This document shows positions 27,616 through 43,219 of a stretch of 64,000 nt of DNA, piece by piece. The stretch lies in the NCBI RefSeq assembly GCF_009914755.1, contig NC_060928.1; one strand, written 5' to 3'. The position numbers and the translations under genes were made by a program. Under the pieces are notes generated by a model, which searched no databases, was not told the DNA's origin, and was given only the letters and a program-made list of their open reading frames with translations. The stretch's first letter is position 1, and every line of letters starts with the position of its first letter. Origin of the DNA: the human T2T-CHM13v2.0 reference genome, Homo sapiens.

Positions 27616-28526
27616 AAAGAAATGTACTTCAAACCTGCTCTCATTTCAAATGCAATTATAAACTCAAATTGGGTCATACACTTAAACATAAAATAGCGAA
27701 AGCCGTAAAAATTCCAGAAAAAAAATTCTTCAACATATAGAAAGGAATGATTTTAGAAAGAACTTAAAAAGACACAAGCCATAAAAATGTTTGTATAAAC
27801 AAATTTGATATAAACTTACACTACAATGCTTTTGTGCAGTAAGAACCAGCTATGAATATACACCACAATGATAAGGATAAATCTCAAAAGCATTATGCTG
27901 AACAAAGATGTCAGACACACATGCACACATGAATACTGCATTATTCTATTTATGTGAAATTCTAAGACAGGCAAGACTAATCTATAGTGACTGAAACCAT
28001 ATCCAGATTGCCTGGAGGGAGGGATGGGTGGGTGGATTTAGTGGAAAGGAGTACAAGGTAATTTTGTTGGTAATGGAAAATGGAAATATTTCATATATTG
28101 TATATTTCATATCTTGTATATTGATTTGCGTCATGGTTACATAAAGACATTTATAAAAATAATGAACTGAATATTTTGAGTGCCTTTTTCATATGTATAT
28201 CATTCCAAAACAAAATAGATTTTGAAGTCAATGTACAATAGCTAAATAAAAAATAATGCTCAAGGCCTCTAGTGGAAAAATTAAATAAGAATTTCTGGTG
28301 GTAAAGGCTGAGCATGGCCGTTTCCTACCAAGCTCCTAGGCCAATTCTAACCTCAAAGTTCCAATTTAGTGGAAATTAAGGTCTCATTCTTGTGGACTTG
28401 TAGTGTTCTACTTAAGTTTTGCTTGCTAATAAGGGTTTTAATTGTTACTTTTATTTTGTTTTGTTTGTGTGCTCATAGACTTATCAAAGATAAAACTACC
28501 TCAATTCTTAAAATCTTTTGATTATG

Positions 28527-28844
<318 letters not shown>

Positions 28845-29289
28845 TTATGATCTTGGACATCTCAAACATCTCCTTTAACTCTCAATAAAGAAAAAATTTG
28901 ATACACTTTCATATTAAGGGAATTCTTCTTTTGCCTTTCCTAAATATAACTCCAAAACAATGAAATTAAACCATTTTATAAGAGAGTTGGTTCTTTTAAC
29001 TTATTAAGGACTATGTTTTACTAAAAAAAATTTTCCAGTAATAAAAGGTGCTTCACATTTTGCTAGTGTACATACTCTAAGACACAGTCTTAAAAGAAAA
29101 AAATAAGTGTCCCAGTGAGAACATGTTTTTGAACCCTATGTTGAGTAAAAATAATCAATAAAGTCAAGATGTTGGAGACATATTGAAGCAAGAATAGACC
29201 AACCTGGCTATGGAGAAATGTCTTCCAGAAGACTGGAATATTTTAAACTGCTGATGTCTTTCACCTCCCTCCTACCTCTCTGCACTCTG

Positions 29290-29462
29290 TGTTACAGTTA
29301 AGAACATGGACTTTGGAGCCTATCATTCAGGATTTTAATTTTGTCTACATTACTTATGATTTAGGTGGCCTAGTGCAAATAAATTAATATCTCATGACTT
29401 CATCGGTAATTTTGGATTAAAATAGTTAGAATGTGAAGATTAATTGAATTAATGTGTGTAAA
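29290..29462 (+). mobile_element. MIR
   Basis: Typical MIR 5' end gttaagaacatggactttggagcc and 3' gtgaagattaattgaattaatgtgtgtaaaa. Confidence 0.65.
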
Positions 29463-29469
29463 ATGTAAC

Positions 29470-29548
29470 TTTAATTTTTTAATTTTTAATTTTTGTGGGG
29501 ACATAGTAAGTGTATATCTTTATGGGGTACATGAGATGTTTTGATACA
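29470..29548 (-). mobile_element. L1MA 3'-end fragment
   Basis: tttttaatttttgtgggacatagtaagtgtatatctttatggggtacatgagatgttttgataca. Confidence 0.7.
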
Positions 29549-30937
29549 ATGTAAAATACATTTTAAATTCCATTAATATTGTTATCTTAAAATATATACC
29601 TTGTTAATGATCATATAGGATAGAGACACCAACTTTTATATCATCTATTTCCACATATGGTAAGATAAAGCAAGAATTTCAGCTATTCAGAAAAGATGAT
29701 AGTATATGGTCATTTGATATTAACCCAAATAAATAGAAAGAAACTATTTATTTAGATTTCCTAAAATTTATTATTACAAGTTTGCAATAATGAGAGAATA
29801 AATTATGTTTTCAATTAAGAAGTTTATGAAACTTGCGAGGGAAAACATTTGCTTTAAAATCCATTTTGTTTTGGTATAAAAACATAAGAAAAAATGCACC
29901 ATTTTAAAATATTCAGTTTATTATTTTTGCAAATGGCTTTATCTGTGTAACCATGAAGCAAATCAATGTGCAATACAATATATGAACTATACAATATATA
30001 AAATACTTCCATTTTCCATTACCAACAAAATTAGCTTGTGCTTCTTTGCACTAAATTCACCCACCCAGCCCTCCCTCCAGGCAGTCTGTATCTGCTTTCA
30101 GTTTGACTATAGATCAGTCTTGCCTGTCCTAGAATTTCACATTTCTTTATTGAGGTAATAGGGGGAAGTTTGGCAAAAATGTGACACCCAAGGTGCCATT
30201 GCCTCCTCTGCCCATGGTGGGATCTCTAATAGATCATGAAATTGTCCTACTGTGTCTGAAGGGAGCCCAAGAATCCTTCTTATTATAAAGCTTTTGTATG
30301 TCCATTCTGCTGAAGTTGGCATTTTTAATAAAGATTGCGGCAAACAGATACAGATGATCCTTATAGCTATGATCATTATGAATATTCTTGCTTCTGTAGA
30401 CATAAATTTAAAAACAATATCTAATGATATTTAAACTGAAAAATATAATTAAGACAACAAAAATAAAAATTAACATAGTCAGTGTGTGTGGGAAGGAGAG
30501 GGGCACCCGGGAGGGAACTGTGTACTTTCTACACAATTTTGCCATGAACATAAAACTGCTCTCAGAAAGTAGTCTATTAATTAAATAAATAATATAGTTA
30601 AGATATAAATTATACTTACAGGCAAATATAAATTAGATGATTCTGTGTCAAACTAAATTATAACTAATTGAAAAGAATAACTTAAAGGGAAAATGGCAAT
30701 GGATTATGGAAATGCCATATGAAAAGAAAAAATAAAATGACAAACAGATTAAAGCACTAAGAAATTGAAAAAAGACGTAATCTCAATGAGGTAGGTATGG
30801 AAACGTAGGACAGAATTTCAGGCCTTCAAAACTTTTCTCACAATCACTCCCTTTCTGAGCTAAAAGAGATGGCAGGACATGTAGATTCTACGGTAAACAT
30901 TCCATCTAAAACTTGAGGTCCCAGGCAGATTTTTCTC

Positions 30938-31371
30938 TGTTAAAAAATAAACTGAGCCACACTAAAAATTTGAAGAGTTAATTTGAGCAAACAATAGTCA
31001 TGATTTGGACAGCTCTAAACCAGAAGTTGTTTAGAAGCTTCCCTTAGGAAATATAAGATATTGGCTTTTGTGGGACTAACAGAGAAGACAGACAAATATT
31101 TGATCACTGACAGTTGCACAGTTATACAGATTTGTTTGGTCTATCCTTTGGAAAATATTTAGTAATCTAATTATAAGTTTGTTGGTTTCTTCTGATTGGT
31201 TGAGCATGTTATGTTTTTAAGTTAAATTATATAGGCATTTACAATAAATAGCTTCAGTTATTTCACTTATGTTTGCAAATGAAGCAAGTTTGGGGTCCCT
31301 TATGAGGCCTAACTGGCTTTGTCTGCTAAAGGATTCTTTACAGAGGGTTTTCATTTTCATTAAATGTAACA
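30938..31371 (-). mobile_element. ERV1 solo LTR, MER67-like
   Basis: TG...CA termini with 4-bp TSD TCTC at 30934-30937 and 31372-31375; minus strand has AGCAGACAAAGCCAGTTAGGCCTCATAAG...TTTGCAAACATAAG. Confidence 0.8.
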
Positions 31372-32834
31372 TCTCCATTTGGAAAACTAAGAGCTAAGAG
31401 CAAAAAAGCTTGGCTTTAAGATACTTATGTTCAAACTTGGCTCCTGGAAGCCTCAGACATCTAGCTAGTGTTTGAATGGAGAAGGCAAGAAAGACATCAC
31501 TCAGGAGTCCTTGGAACTCATCTTTCTGTGCCCATGTCTGGTCACTCTGCAGCAGCAAAGTATAGACATTAATTATATCTATTATATAAACTCGCGGGCT
31601 GGGTATGTTATCCAATCAGATTTATGTGCTACTTTATAAAAAGTAAGTAAACAAAAAGGTATTTTAATTTACCCTTTTATTTTCCTTACAAAAATATTGT
31701 GAACATTTATCTTGACTCAAATGAGCAGTTGTTTGATTTTGTTTTATCCTTAAATACAGTAAAAATAAAAATGTTCTGGCATTCTTTAAAACTACTCTCA
31801 CAAACAAAAATGTTGAATTTATAACTCATTCTGCCTCTTTTACATGCATGTGATTATTTTGTCCAAAATAAGATAATCCAAATGAAAAGTAGATTTTATT
31901 ACTTTGGGTAAATTTGCCAACTGATTTCAAAAAGAAAAATATAATGGGTTAGGTGGATTTATGGGGCAAATAACCCACTCTTGGCAATAGGATGCTAAGA
32001 AAAAGCTGGTTTAAAAGTTAAGAAGCTCATAATGCCAGCTCAGAATTTATAGCTAACAGTTTTATAGGCCAAAGCCACTATGCAGGCATCCTTATCCTGC
32101 AGTGCAAATAGGATTACCCTTCCAAGCATTATCCTAATGTGGAATTAAACTGTCAAGTTGGCTTGCTTGTTGCATAGACTTGCACATAAGATGAATGTAA
32201 CTCTGGGTAAAGTTCAATATTGTTCCATCTGTTAAGCACCTTTTTCTTACAGAGACACAAAAGCTGGAAATACACACACATACAACATTTCTGCTAAAAT
32301 ATTGAGTCATTGTGGGTTGATTTATTGAGAAATATGACAACAGCAACCCTGATCAATCTTTATTATAAATTCAAATTTTTCTGCTTCTTAAAAATCTAAT
32401 AAAATCGTGTAACTTGGACTATTTGTGTTTAAGTAAAATTTAAGGAAACATCATCATCAAAAAAGCCAAATGTAATTACATAAAGTTGGGAAATGGGTAT
32501 AAGAATTTGCCATCAATGTCTGTCTCTGCTAGCAAAAAACTTATTTCGTTAGCTAAACTTCTTTTCTTTCTTCATCAAAAATTATTTGGATCCTTCTAAC
32601 TATTTAGTGTTCTGTTCATGACATATCTTTATTAGTAGATTCACTATATTTTAACCATGATGATTATGGAAATTTGCAAGGATGTTTAGGAAATTATTAA
32701 TTGCTGAAGTGGCAGTTGCATGCTGATTTGCTAGTCAGAATCATACTACATATAGAAAAAAGTAACTAAAGAGGTACCCAGTTTCATATAAGAGGAGAAA
32801 CTTAGAAAAGGCAACATTTTAATGTAGTAACGTC

Positions 32835-33229
32835 CTTTCTTCGTTCATTTTGTGCTACTATAAGAGAATACTTGAGACTGAGTAATTTATAAATAAAATG
32901 TATTTCTCACAGTTCGGGGGGCTGAGAAGTCCAAGATCAGTGTGCTGGAAGGTTTGGTGTCTGGTGAGGGCCCAGTCTCAGCTTCCAAAATGACACCATG
33001 AATGCTGCATCCTCAATGCGGGAAGGAACTCTTTGTCCTCACATGGCAGAAAAGAGGAAGAGATGGCACCCACTTCTGCAAGTCCTTTTTATAGCAGCAT
33101 TGATCCATTCATGAGTGCAGACCTCTCATGACCTAAACATCTCCCAGGAGGCCCAAACTCCCAGCACTGTTGCATTTGGGATTAAGCTTCTAAAGCAAAT
33201 TTTTGGAGGAAGTCATTCAAACCATAGTG
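32835..33229 (-). mobile_element. MaLR solo LTR, MSTB1/MSTC-like
   Basis: gagaatacttgagactgagtaatttataaa...ggctgagaagtccaagatca...cattcaaaccatag. Confidence 0.8.
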
Positions 33230-34008
33230 ATCTCAAATTTATAATTGCTTCATTGGGCTGAAATTTAATCTAAAGATTTTTTTCATAAATACTTAATGAA
33301 CCCTTTTTCAAATTGGTGTTTGATCTCTTTCTTTCTTTCTAAAGCAAACATTTTTACCATCATATCACATATAGGAAAATAATTTAGCCCTAATCCAATA
33401 TAAGTATTCTTCATAAATGTCCTTAAATTACTTCTAATGAGGCATGAGCTTAGCTCAATATTTATAGCTGGCTTTTATTTCACAAGAAAACCATATGCTG
33501 TTGATGATTCAATTATCTTTTGTTAAGTATTTTGCTAAGTAAAATGGAAAAGATGGTTTTCTTCCTTTCCCCCATTTTTGTTATTTATAGAAGTAATATT
33601 ACGGAGTAATAGAAAAGTATGAAATTCATACTTTCAAAATTTGTCTATCCATATCTAGGTAAAACACATTAAAGTCATAATACAGATCTAGAGAACACAT
33701 TCTAAGGAGAATCTTCTTGTAACTAAATTCTTAAATTTTAGGAACAGATTTACGAGCCAGTCAATATAACTAATGTTACCATGCACATAAGAATTTTGTT
33801 AGCATTGCAAAAAAGTGATATTGAGTACATAAATTGAAGAAAAAATGAGATTAATTTTATATATTTCATTGTATTGTAATTTTATTATAAGTCATACAAT
33901 ATACTAAGTATGTGTATATTAATAAAATCACTTATTGGAGGCACCAACACGAAACTGTTAAGTGGCTAATTCTGGAAAGAGATAGTACCTTGATAACAGG
34001 AGATAAAG

Positions 34009-34086
34009 AGTGTGTATATATGTGAGTTTGTGTGTAGGTGTGTGTGTTTATGTGTGTGTGTGTGTGTGTATGTCTGTGTGTCTGTG
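34009..34086. repeat. Imperfect (TG)n microsatellite
   Basis: Read directly. Confidence 0.9.
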
Positions 34087-34250
34087 GGGGGGATAATCAT
34101 GGTGTGTTGTATTATATATGCAGTGTAATTCTATTTTATAAAACAATAATACATAAAATGTTAATTTTTTAATTATCAAGACTGTTGTCATGAAAAATCC
34201 ACCAGACCAGGTTCATTCTGCCCTGTATTTCAGTGATTGCCATAAGCTAG

Positions 34251-35045
34251 TGATGAAATGGGAGAAGTTCCTTTACCCCATCACAGGGCATATGACAGGG
34301 GTGTGGCTCAATTCTTCTGTGCCCTGCTGCTCAAACCCCTAGGGGGAGCATGCAGACAGGCAGATCGTGGGGAGCATTTTTGGCTCCAGCCCCACAGCAG
34401 CATCTAGGGTTGAGTGTTTACAGCTCTTGAAGATCCGGTGGGCATGTGTTACAGTGTGCTCCTTCAGCTTTGCTGTCTGTAGGCGGCTTGTGTTAATCAG
34501 CACAATTAGACCCTCTGCCATATCACAAGGACAGAGGGCTTTCTGTATCCTGGGTTCTTGCCCTGGTATACAGAAAAATCACATCACACATGGGCGTGGA
34601 GAATGGGTGCAAAGTTTTACTGAGAGTTGGAGGTAGCTCTCAGAGAGGTGGATGGGGAGCCAGAAGGGGGATGAAGTGGGAAGGTGGTCTTCTCCTGGAG
34701 TTGGGCAGCCTGGTGGCCTCTCTTCTGACTGCCCCCAACCAAATTTCACATTGTCCCACCCCAATGGCCTGCTAGTATCTGCTGGTGTCTGTTGGTGTGC
34801 TCTTCGGCTTCTCTTGACATCCAGCTGCTTGTGGCTGTGCCTGCTAGGGTCTCAGGTTTTTATGGGCATAGGATGGGGGGCATTGTGGGCCAGAATGGTC
34901 TTAGAAAATGCAACATTTGGGCGCAGAAACAGGAGTGCCTGTTCTCACTTAGGTTCATGGGCACAAGCCTGAGGGTGGAACCCTTGTCAGAGATCCCACC
35001 CTTTTCTACCCAGCACTTCCTTGGCCTCTCCCTGTATCAGTATCA
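34251..35045 (-). mobile_element. ERV1 solo LTR, LTR1-family
   Basis: Minus-strand start TGATAC...GGAAGTGCTGGGTAGAAAAGGG...TTCCACCCTCAGGC; TG...CA termini; no clean TSD. Confidence 0.75.
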
Positions 35046-35317
35046 CTTTAGCTGTTAAACAGAAATATCCATTTTCCTCCATTTTTTCAGCACTTCTTCT
35101 AAGTTACAATGTTCATTTGCACACATTGGAATTTTCCAGAAAAATTTTACAACACCTGTGCTATTATTTGGCATTCACATTTGTTATAACTTGAAAATAT
35201 TCTTTACATTATGGCAATACAATCTAAGAATTAATTAAATAATAGGACCAGTGCATGCATGTTCTGATAAGTGCTGCCTGGCAACAAAAACTTTGGAACT
35301 CAATTAGTCATGTTAAA

Positions 35318-35655
35318 TTTCTAGTAAATTTATTTAAGTCCCTTGTAGAATCTGGATATTAGCCCTTTGTCAGATGGGTAGATTGCAAAAATTTTCTCCC
35401 ATTTTGTAGGTTTGCTCTTCACTCTGATGATAGTTTCTCTTGCTGTGCAGCTCTTTATTTTAATTAAATCCCATTTGTCAATTTTAGCTTTTCTTTCAAT
35501 TACTTTTAGCATTTTTGCCGTGAAATTGTTGCCCATGCCTATGTCCTGAGTGGTATTGCCTAGGTTTTCTTCTAGGGTTTTTATGGTTTTGGGTTTTACA
35601 TTTAAGTCTTTAATCCATCTTGAGTTTATTTTTGTATAAAGTGTAAGGAAGGGAT
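35318..35655 (-). mobile_element. L1PA ORF2 3' fragment (inverted segment)
   Basis: ORF 35330-35536 [22 protein letters not shown] matches L1 ORF2; colinear with 46215-46552 of the full-length L1 in this window. Confidence 0.9.
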
Positions 35656-36208
35656 TGATATTGTTTGGCTGTGCCCTTCCCCAAATTTCAACTTAAATCA
35701 TATCTCCCATAATTCCCATGTGTTGTGGAAGGGACCCAGTGGAGGTAATTGAAACATATGGTCTGGTCTTTCCCATATTAGTCTCATGATAGTGAATAAG
35801 TATCATGAGATCTGTTGATTTTATCAGGGGTTTCCACTTTTGCTTCATCCTCATTCTCTCTTGACACCACCATGTAAGAAGTGCCTTTCACTCTCCACCA
35901 TGATTGCGAGAACTTCCCCAGCCACGTGGCACTGTAAGTCCAATTAAACTTCTTTTTCTTCCCAGTCTCAGGTATGTCTTTAACAGCAGTGTGAAGACGG
36001 ATTAATACAGTAAATTAGTACCAATAGAGTGAGGCATTGCTGAAAAGATACCCGAAAATGTGGAAGCAACTTTGGAACTGGGTAACAGGCAGAGGGAGGA
36101 ACAGTTTGGAGACCTCAGAAGAAGACAGGAAAATGTGGGAAAGTTTGGAACTTACTAGAGACTTGAATGGCTTTCACCAAAAGCCTGGTAGTGATATGGG
36201 CAATAAGG
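35656..36208 (+). mobile_element. THE1A 5' LTR (35656-36009) plus ~200 bp of THE1 internal sequence, then truncated
   Basis: THE1A-type LTR ending TAATACA; the internal ORF reads LKRYPKMWKQLWNWVTGRG; no 3' LTR. Confidence 0.9.
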
Positions 36209-36834
36209 AATCCTTTTACACTGTTGTTGGGAATGTAAATTTGTTCAACCATTGTGGAAGACAGTGTTCAAGCATCTAGAAGCGGAAATACCATTTGAAT
36301 CAGCAATCCCATTACTGGGTATATACCCAAAAGAATATAAATTATTCTACTGTAAAGACACATGTACACGCATGTTTATTGCAGCACTGTTTACAATAGC
36401 TAAGACATGGAACCAACCCAAATGTCCATCAATACTAGACTGGATAAAGAAAATGTAGTACATATACACCATGGAATACTATGCTGCCATAAAAAGAAAT
36501 GAGATCGTGTCCTTTCCAGGGACATGGATGAAGCTGGAAACCATCATCCTCAGCAAACTAATACAGGAACAGAAAACCAAACACTGCATGTTCTCACTCA
36601 TAAGTGGGAGTTGAACAATTAGAACACATGGACACAGGGAGGGGAACAACACACATTGGGGCCTGTCAGGTGATAGGGGTGAGGGGAGGGAAAAATAGCT
36701 AATGTATCCAGGGCTTAAAGCCTAGATTATGGGTTAATAGGTATATAGCAAACCACCATGGCACACGTGTCCCTATGTAACAAACCTGCGTGTTCTGCAC
36801 TGTATCCCAGAACTTAAAGTAAAATAAAAAAAAA
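36205..36834 (+). mobile_element. L1PA (about PA11-16) 3' end with poly(A)
   Basis: ORF2 C-terminus IPLLGIYPKEYK..KDTCTRMFIAALFTIAKTWNQPKCPS, followed by the 3'UTR and an A-tail. Confidence 0.92.
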
Positions 36835-38020
36835 TTTACAAAGAAGGTCAAGTTTTAAATGTAGAAATTTTATTTTCGCTGAAATAAAAAGTGTAATTAG
36901 AGAAAAAATATATCATAGGAGATGTATGTGCTGTGATTGGAAATTCCTATTTTCTGAGACCACATTTCTCCATTGGCTTTTCTATAATAGAAATTATTTT
37001 GGAATTACTTTAGGCTTGAACTATGCAAACCTGTAATTATATAATATCCTCAGAAGTGACTTTCTTAAAATATAATACAGCTCTCACATATCTCAGTGTT
37101 GTCTGAATCTTTTACAGTGAGAAAAGTACATATTTTATTTTGCAAATAGCCACAAAAAGGAAAGCAATATATGATTGTTATAGAAGTTTTGAAAATAAAG
37201 ATATTTTTGGAATGCCCTCAGTAACACTACCTACCTACGAAAGATGATCATTGTTATTAGTTTAGGAAGTTTCCTTTTAATATATACATATTTATGTGCA
37301 TGTGTGTCTATATATGTATCTATATCTAGATATATATAGATATAAACCCTAGGTAAATATGTACATATTTTCTCCTATCAATATATTGTGAAAAGATATA
37401 CATGAGAATAAAATATTTTGGAAAACACAATTTGGATAGCTACATAACATGTAATCATTTCTATATTTTCTTAATATAAATAACATTGTAACTAATATTG
37501 TGGAGGATTCCTGGAGTTTCTGATAATTTCTTTAGGACAGTTTCCCTGAACTAAAATTACAGGATATTAACTCATTTAAAGGTTAATCTTTGCCAGGTTG
37601 CTTGACTGAGGTTGGTGTACCAATCTACCACAAAATGGAAATGTCTTTTATAAGAGCAACTATTTTCCATTTCTCTAAGCCTCACATCTGCATTGGGCCA
37701 CTCTCTCAGGCATTAATACCTTGAATAATTCTTCATAGTTCCTTCCTCAAGCATTTCTCTCTCCATGAGTATATTTTTCTGTAATTTTTGGGATGTGGCT
37801 ATTTCTGGTTTCCTCTACTCTAGAGAGCCTGTCTCTTAGCCAGACAAGAGGAAACAGAAGAATGACTGCTTTCTTGACATTAACCTGTGCCATCCTCACT
37901 TGGGGCACTGTTGGCATTAGGGTATAGCTATATTTTCCTTGTGTAGAATTTGCCAGACCATTTCAGAAAGTTTAGTTTTTCTCCACATCACAATTCCTCT
38001 GCATCTGCTCAAATAATTGC

Positions 38021-38689
<669 letters not shown>

Positions 38690-39418
38690 ATTCCCAATAG
38701 AACCTCCACTGGCACTGTAACCAAAAGTACCTTGACACATTTCTGTATGGTCATTGGGGGCTGGCACTGTCTGAAAAATAAAAACAAGAGTGAAGTTTCT
38801 GTTTTCTTGATGACATACAGTTATTTAGGGCTGCTGAATTCCATGTTTGTTTGTTTGTTTGTTTTGCTTTTTATATCATCTTATCTTGGTTCTACTCCAA
38901 TACACTGGTTGAATTTTACCTTAGTTGGGCCCCATTAATAAAAATTTGATAAGATAAAAATAACATACCACTGATGCTTTTAATTAATATTCCTTTTATT
39001 ATTAGAAGGAGCTTAAATATATTGTAACATATTAATTCTGTAAATACTTTGATCATACTTTTGCCTGTTTTTTACTACTTGATATACTGTATTTGATGAC
39101 TCACTGTATATTAAGGATTACCTACAATTTGTTCCATGAAACCAAAATAGTGATGCTTTCAAAACACATAGCATTTTATTACCACTCAGCTTCACGTCTT
39201 CAATGGTTTTTCTTCATGTTTAAAATAAAATCTGAAAAACATGACCTGTAGGTCCCCACCCTATCGCTCTATTCTAGTCTTTCGTTACCTCATAATTGCC
39301 CCAGCTTACCAATTCTGCTATTCACATTGGGTTTCTTTCAGTCATTGAAATATGCCAATACATATACAGATTTCTTTTCTTACCCTGTCCACACTCACGG
39401 AAGTTACGTTCTTATGCT

Positions 39419-39815
39419 TGTCTTTTGGGCTGAGTGATTATAATCCACACAACCTCCCATTCATATACTGAAGCCCTGCACCCCAATGTGTCTGTATTTT
39501 AAGACAGGGACTTTACAGAGGCAACTAAGGTTAAATGAAGTCATAGGAGTAGAGTGTTGATCTGACAGGGTTAATGTCCTTAAAAGAAGAGACACAGAGA
39601 GCTCATCCACCCTGTATGAGCACGAAGGAAAGATCTTGTGAAGACACGATGGGAAGGTGCTCATCTGCAAGCCAGGAAGAGAGCCCTCACCAGAAATCAA
39701 ATTGCTGAAAGCATGATCTTGGAATTCTAAATTTCAGAACTGTGGGAAAAAAATTCTGCTTTTTAAGACACCCAGTCTGTTGTGTTCTGTTTTGGTAACC
39801 CCAGCTGACTAATAA
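39419..39815 (+). mobile_element. MLT1B-like MaLR LTR
   Basis: aactaaggttaaatgaagtcatagg...gtccttaaaagaagag...atctgcaagccaggaagagagccctcaccagaa. Confidence 0.8.
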
Positions 39816-39954
39816 AGACTTTGACTCAATACAGGATCTCCTTGTGAGAGAACCAATGATTACCTTTGAAAGTACAACTTCCACCGTTTAACATACACAC
39901 ACACATACATACCCCACAACATTGCCTATTACTCTGTTTCTTTCAGAGCACTAA

Positions 39955-40280
<326 letters not shown>

Positions 40281-40339
40281 AAGACTTGGATTTTTAAAAA
40301 CATTTTTAGTTTTTAAAATATCTTGTATTATTTTGTGCC

Positions 40340-40660
<321 letters not shown>

Positions 40661-40738
40661 TAGACTTCCAATTCTACATGCAGAAATTATTCTTGGTTCA
40701 TTCATGGTTCTTTATACCCAGAGTTAGGATACTGCTAG

Positions 40739-41118
40739 TGATACAGTTTGGCTCTGCGTCCCCACCCAAATCTCATGTTGAATTGTAATCCCCAATGTTG
40801 GGCGAGGTACCTGGTCGGAGGTGATTGGATCATGGGGTCGGAATTCCCCCTTGCTCTTCTCGTGATAGTAAGTGAGTTTCACGAGATCTCGTTGTCTGAA
40901 AATGTGTAGCACTTCCCCTTCTCTGTCTTCCTCTGGCTCCCACCATGTAAGATGTGCTTGCTTCCCCTTCTCCTTCTGCCTTGATTGTAAGTTTCCTGAG
41001 GCCTCCCAGAAGCAGAAGCCTGTATAGCTGCAGAACCATTAGCCAATTAAATCCCTTTCTTTATAAATTATGCAGTCTCTGGTATGTCTTTATAGCATTA
41101 TGAGAATGGATTAATACA
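40739..41118 (+). mobile_element. MSTA solo LTR
   Basis: TGATACAGTTTGGCTCTGCGTCCCCACCCAAATCTCATGTTGAATTGTAATCCCC...GATTAATACA. Confidence 0.9.
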
Positions 41119-41164
41119 GCTGTGTACATGGAGCCATTTGGTAAATATATCCCACTGAATTATA

Positions 41165-41380
41165 TAGCTAATATTTATTACTTACTATGTACCAGGTATT
41201 GTCAAACACTTTACAAGCTTTCTTATATTTATTTTTCCAAGAACTGTGTTGTGTAGGCATTGGTTTTTTAGAGATAGGAAAATTATGTATCTAGCCCAGG
41301 AATAAAAGTGAGTGTCAAAGAAGCTGAGATTCAAAAATGGAGTCTATCTCCACATCACTCACTTTCAACCATGACAGCAT
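41165..41380 (-). mobile_element. MIR
   Basis: atatttattacttactatgtaccagg...agctgagattcaaa..agtctatctcca. Confidence 0.6.
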
Positions 41381-42324
41381 GTTATATTTTTTCCCAGTAA
41401 TGAGTGAATTATTTGAATACATGAATATCATCTTGTTGACTGTCACATTAGCTGGAAATGTTTTCCCACATTTTCCCCACATTTGCATTTTAATTAGTTT
41501 ATTATAGCCCTTTTAATGAGTTTTATTTTATAAAAGTAGTACATGTACTCAGTTTAAAAATTCAAGTAGAACTGAAAAGATCAGTAATGAAAAATGTGGT
41601 CTTCTGCTATATTTCCCTAGCACCTCTCACTTGATTTCTTTGCCTTTTAAGTAGTCTTCTTATATTTACCTGGGTATATATAAAATTTATATCCATATCA
41701 CTATTTCAAGATATATAAATCATAAAATGTGTATCATTTTCTAGTATGGAGGATGAGATTTAGAACTCTAATACCCATAGCTCCTTTCACTGGTCTTTCC
41801 TTACTCTCACAATAAGCTCTTATCACTGTATTTGGGTAAGTTAATACTTAGTATGGGTGGCAGTTATAACACTACTTTTTAATATTCTGGGAGACTATCT
41901 GGAGATTTGGGCCGGATGCCTGAAAATCATCAAGTAGAGTTCCATTTAGTTAACCTTATTTAAATCTAGCGCTCTTTTCCATAGCTGTTCTTGCTTCCCC
42001 AGAATCCATCATCCCTCCTTAGAGCAAGTCATCAGGCTCCTGCCCAAATAGCAACAGATATTGCTTTTTTGTTTTGTTTTGGCTCATGTGTAGATAGGAG
42101 AGGGAAAGGATATTCTGGAATCTAAGTTCTCTTTTTGACTTTCAATTATTCTTCCACATATGTTCAGTCTCACCTACATTCTGCCTATAACACTTGTCTA
42201 TTTGTCCTACAGCTTCCAAATTGTCTTATCAGCTTTCACCTGCTATATGACCTTCTCTCTTCTCTTATTACCATATTGGATAACTACTACTGTATGACAG
42301 AGGTGTCCAAATTATAGCATGTTA

Positions 42325-42490
42325 AGACAGTAAACAGTTCTGTGGGTAAAAAATTCAAAAGTAGCTTGGCTAGGTAGTTTTGGCTCGGAGTCTCACATGA
42401 GGTTATGGTCTGGATGTCAGCGAGTGCTGGTTGTCATCTTGACTGGGGCTGGAGAATCTGATGACAAAATGGCTCACTTGCATGTCTACC
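42325..42490 (-). mobile_element. Old MLT1 (F/G/H-like) fragment
   Basis: cagttctgtgggt...tggctcggagtctcacatgaggtt...gactggggctggagaatc. Confidence 0.55.
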
Positions 42491-42726
42491 TGTATACCAC
42501 AGAGGAAGTATTGTGACTCTCAAATGAAATAATGTACAAAAACATTTATTCTCTTTCCATATTCCCTCCTCAGCTGATATGAGAACAAACAGAACACTAC
42601 TGCCCAGACAGCACTGCAGGGGATGGGGGTGAGTGTAGGAGAGAGGGGTCAATGCTAGCCTCACTAGTGGTGAAGCCGGAAAAGCCACTGGCATAATGAG
42701 TCTAGCTGGGCTAGTGGACTAACTTA

Positions 42727-42900
42727 AGAGTTCCCAACCCTGGCTGCATATTAGAATCAGCTGGAGAGCTTTTCGAAAATATTGATTCCCAGGCTGCACC
42801 TACAGTGATTCAGACTTAATTGGTCTTGGTGAGGCCTAGGTAACCGTGTTTCAAAAGTTCCCAAATAATTTTAATATGCAGTTGTGGCCAAAAATCAAGG
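42727..42900. mobile_element. MER5A/B (hAT-Charlie) DNA transposon
   Basis: ttcccaaccctggctgcatattagaatcagctggagagctttt...aattttaatatgcag. Confidence 0.75.
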
Positions 42901-43219
42901 AACTGAATGAATCAGGTCTTTTGTAATGCTAGTCTTTAAAGGAAACACAGGCTAGAGAGCACCTGCCTCTTGCTTACCCATTTTGGCTTTAGGTTTTATA
43001 GTTTAGGACAATCAACATTAATGATGAAATATTATTATATCAAATATCTAGCCATATCTATACATTAGATAGTATTGGGAATTTTTTATCTGTTTTCTAA
43101 AACTTACAAGTTAGTTTTTACTGCAAGCAGATATCTTGATCTAACACATCATATCACTTTTAGATCACAAAGTTTCCTTGCCAGTGGGGTAAAGATTATG
43201 TAAATCAAAATGTAGTCTA

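Larger units (their letters stand above)
24380..28230 (+). mobile_element. Old L1M ORF2/3' region, fragmented by AluJ, MER52A and AluY insertions
   Basis: Degenerate ORF2 RT text (aaggcaagattggtttagcatt, aacaaagttggaggatttac) that resumes after each insertion; L1ME-like 3' end at 27820-28230. Confidence 0.7.
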
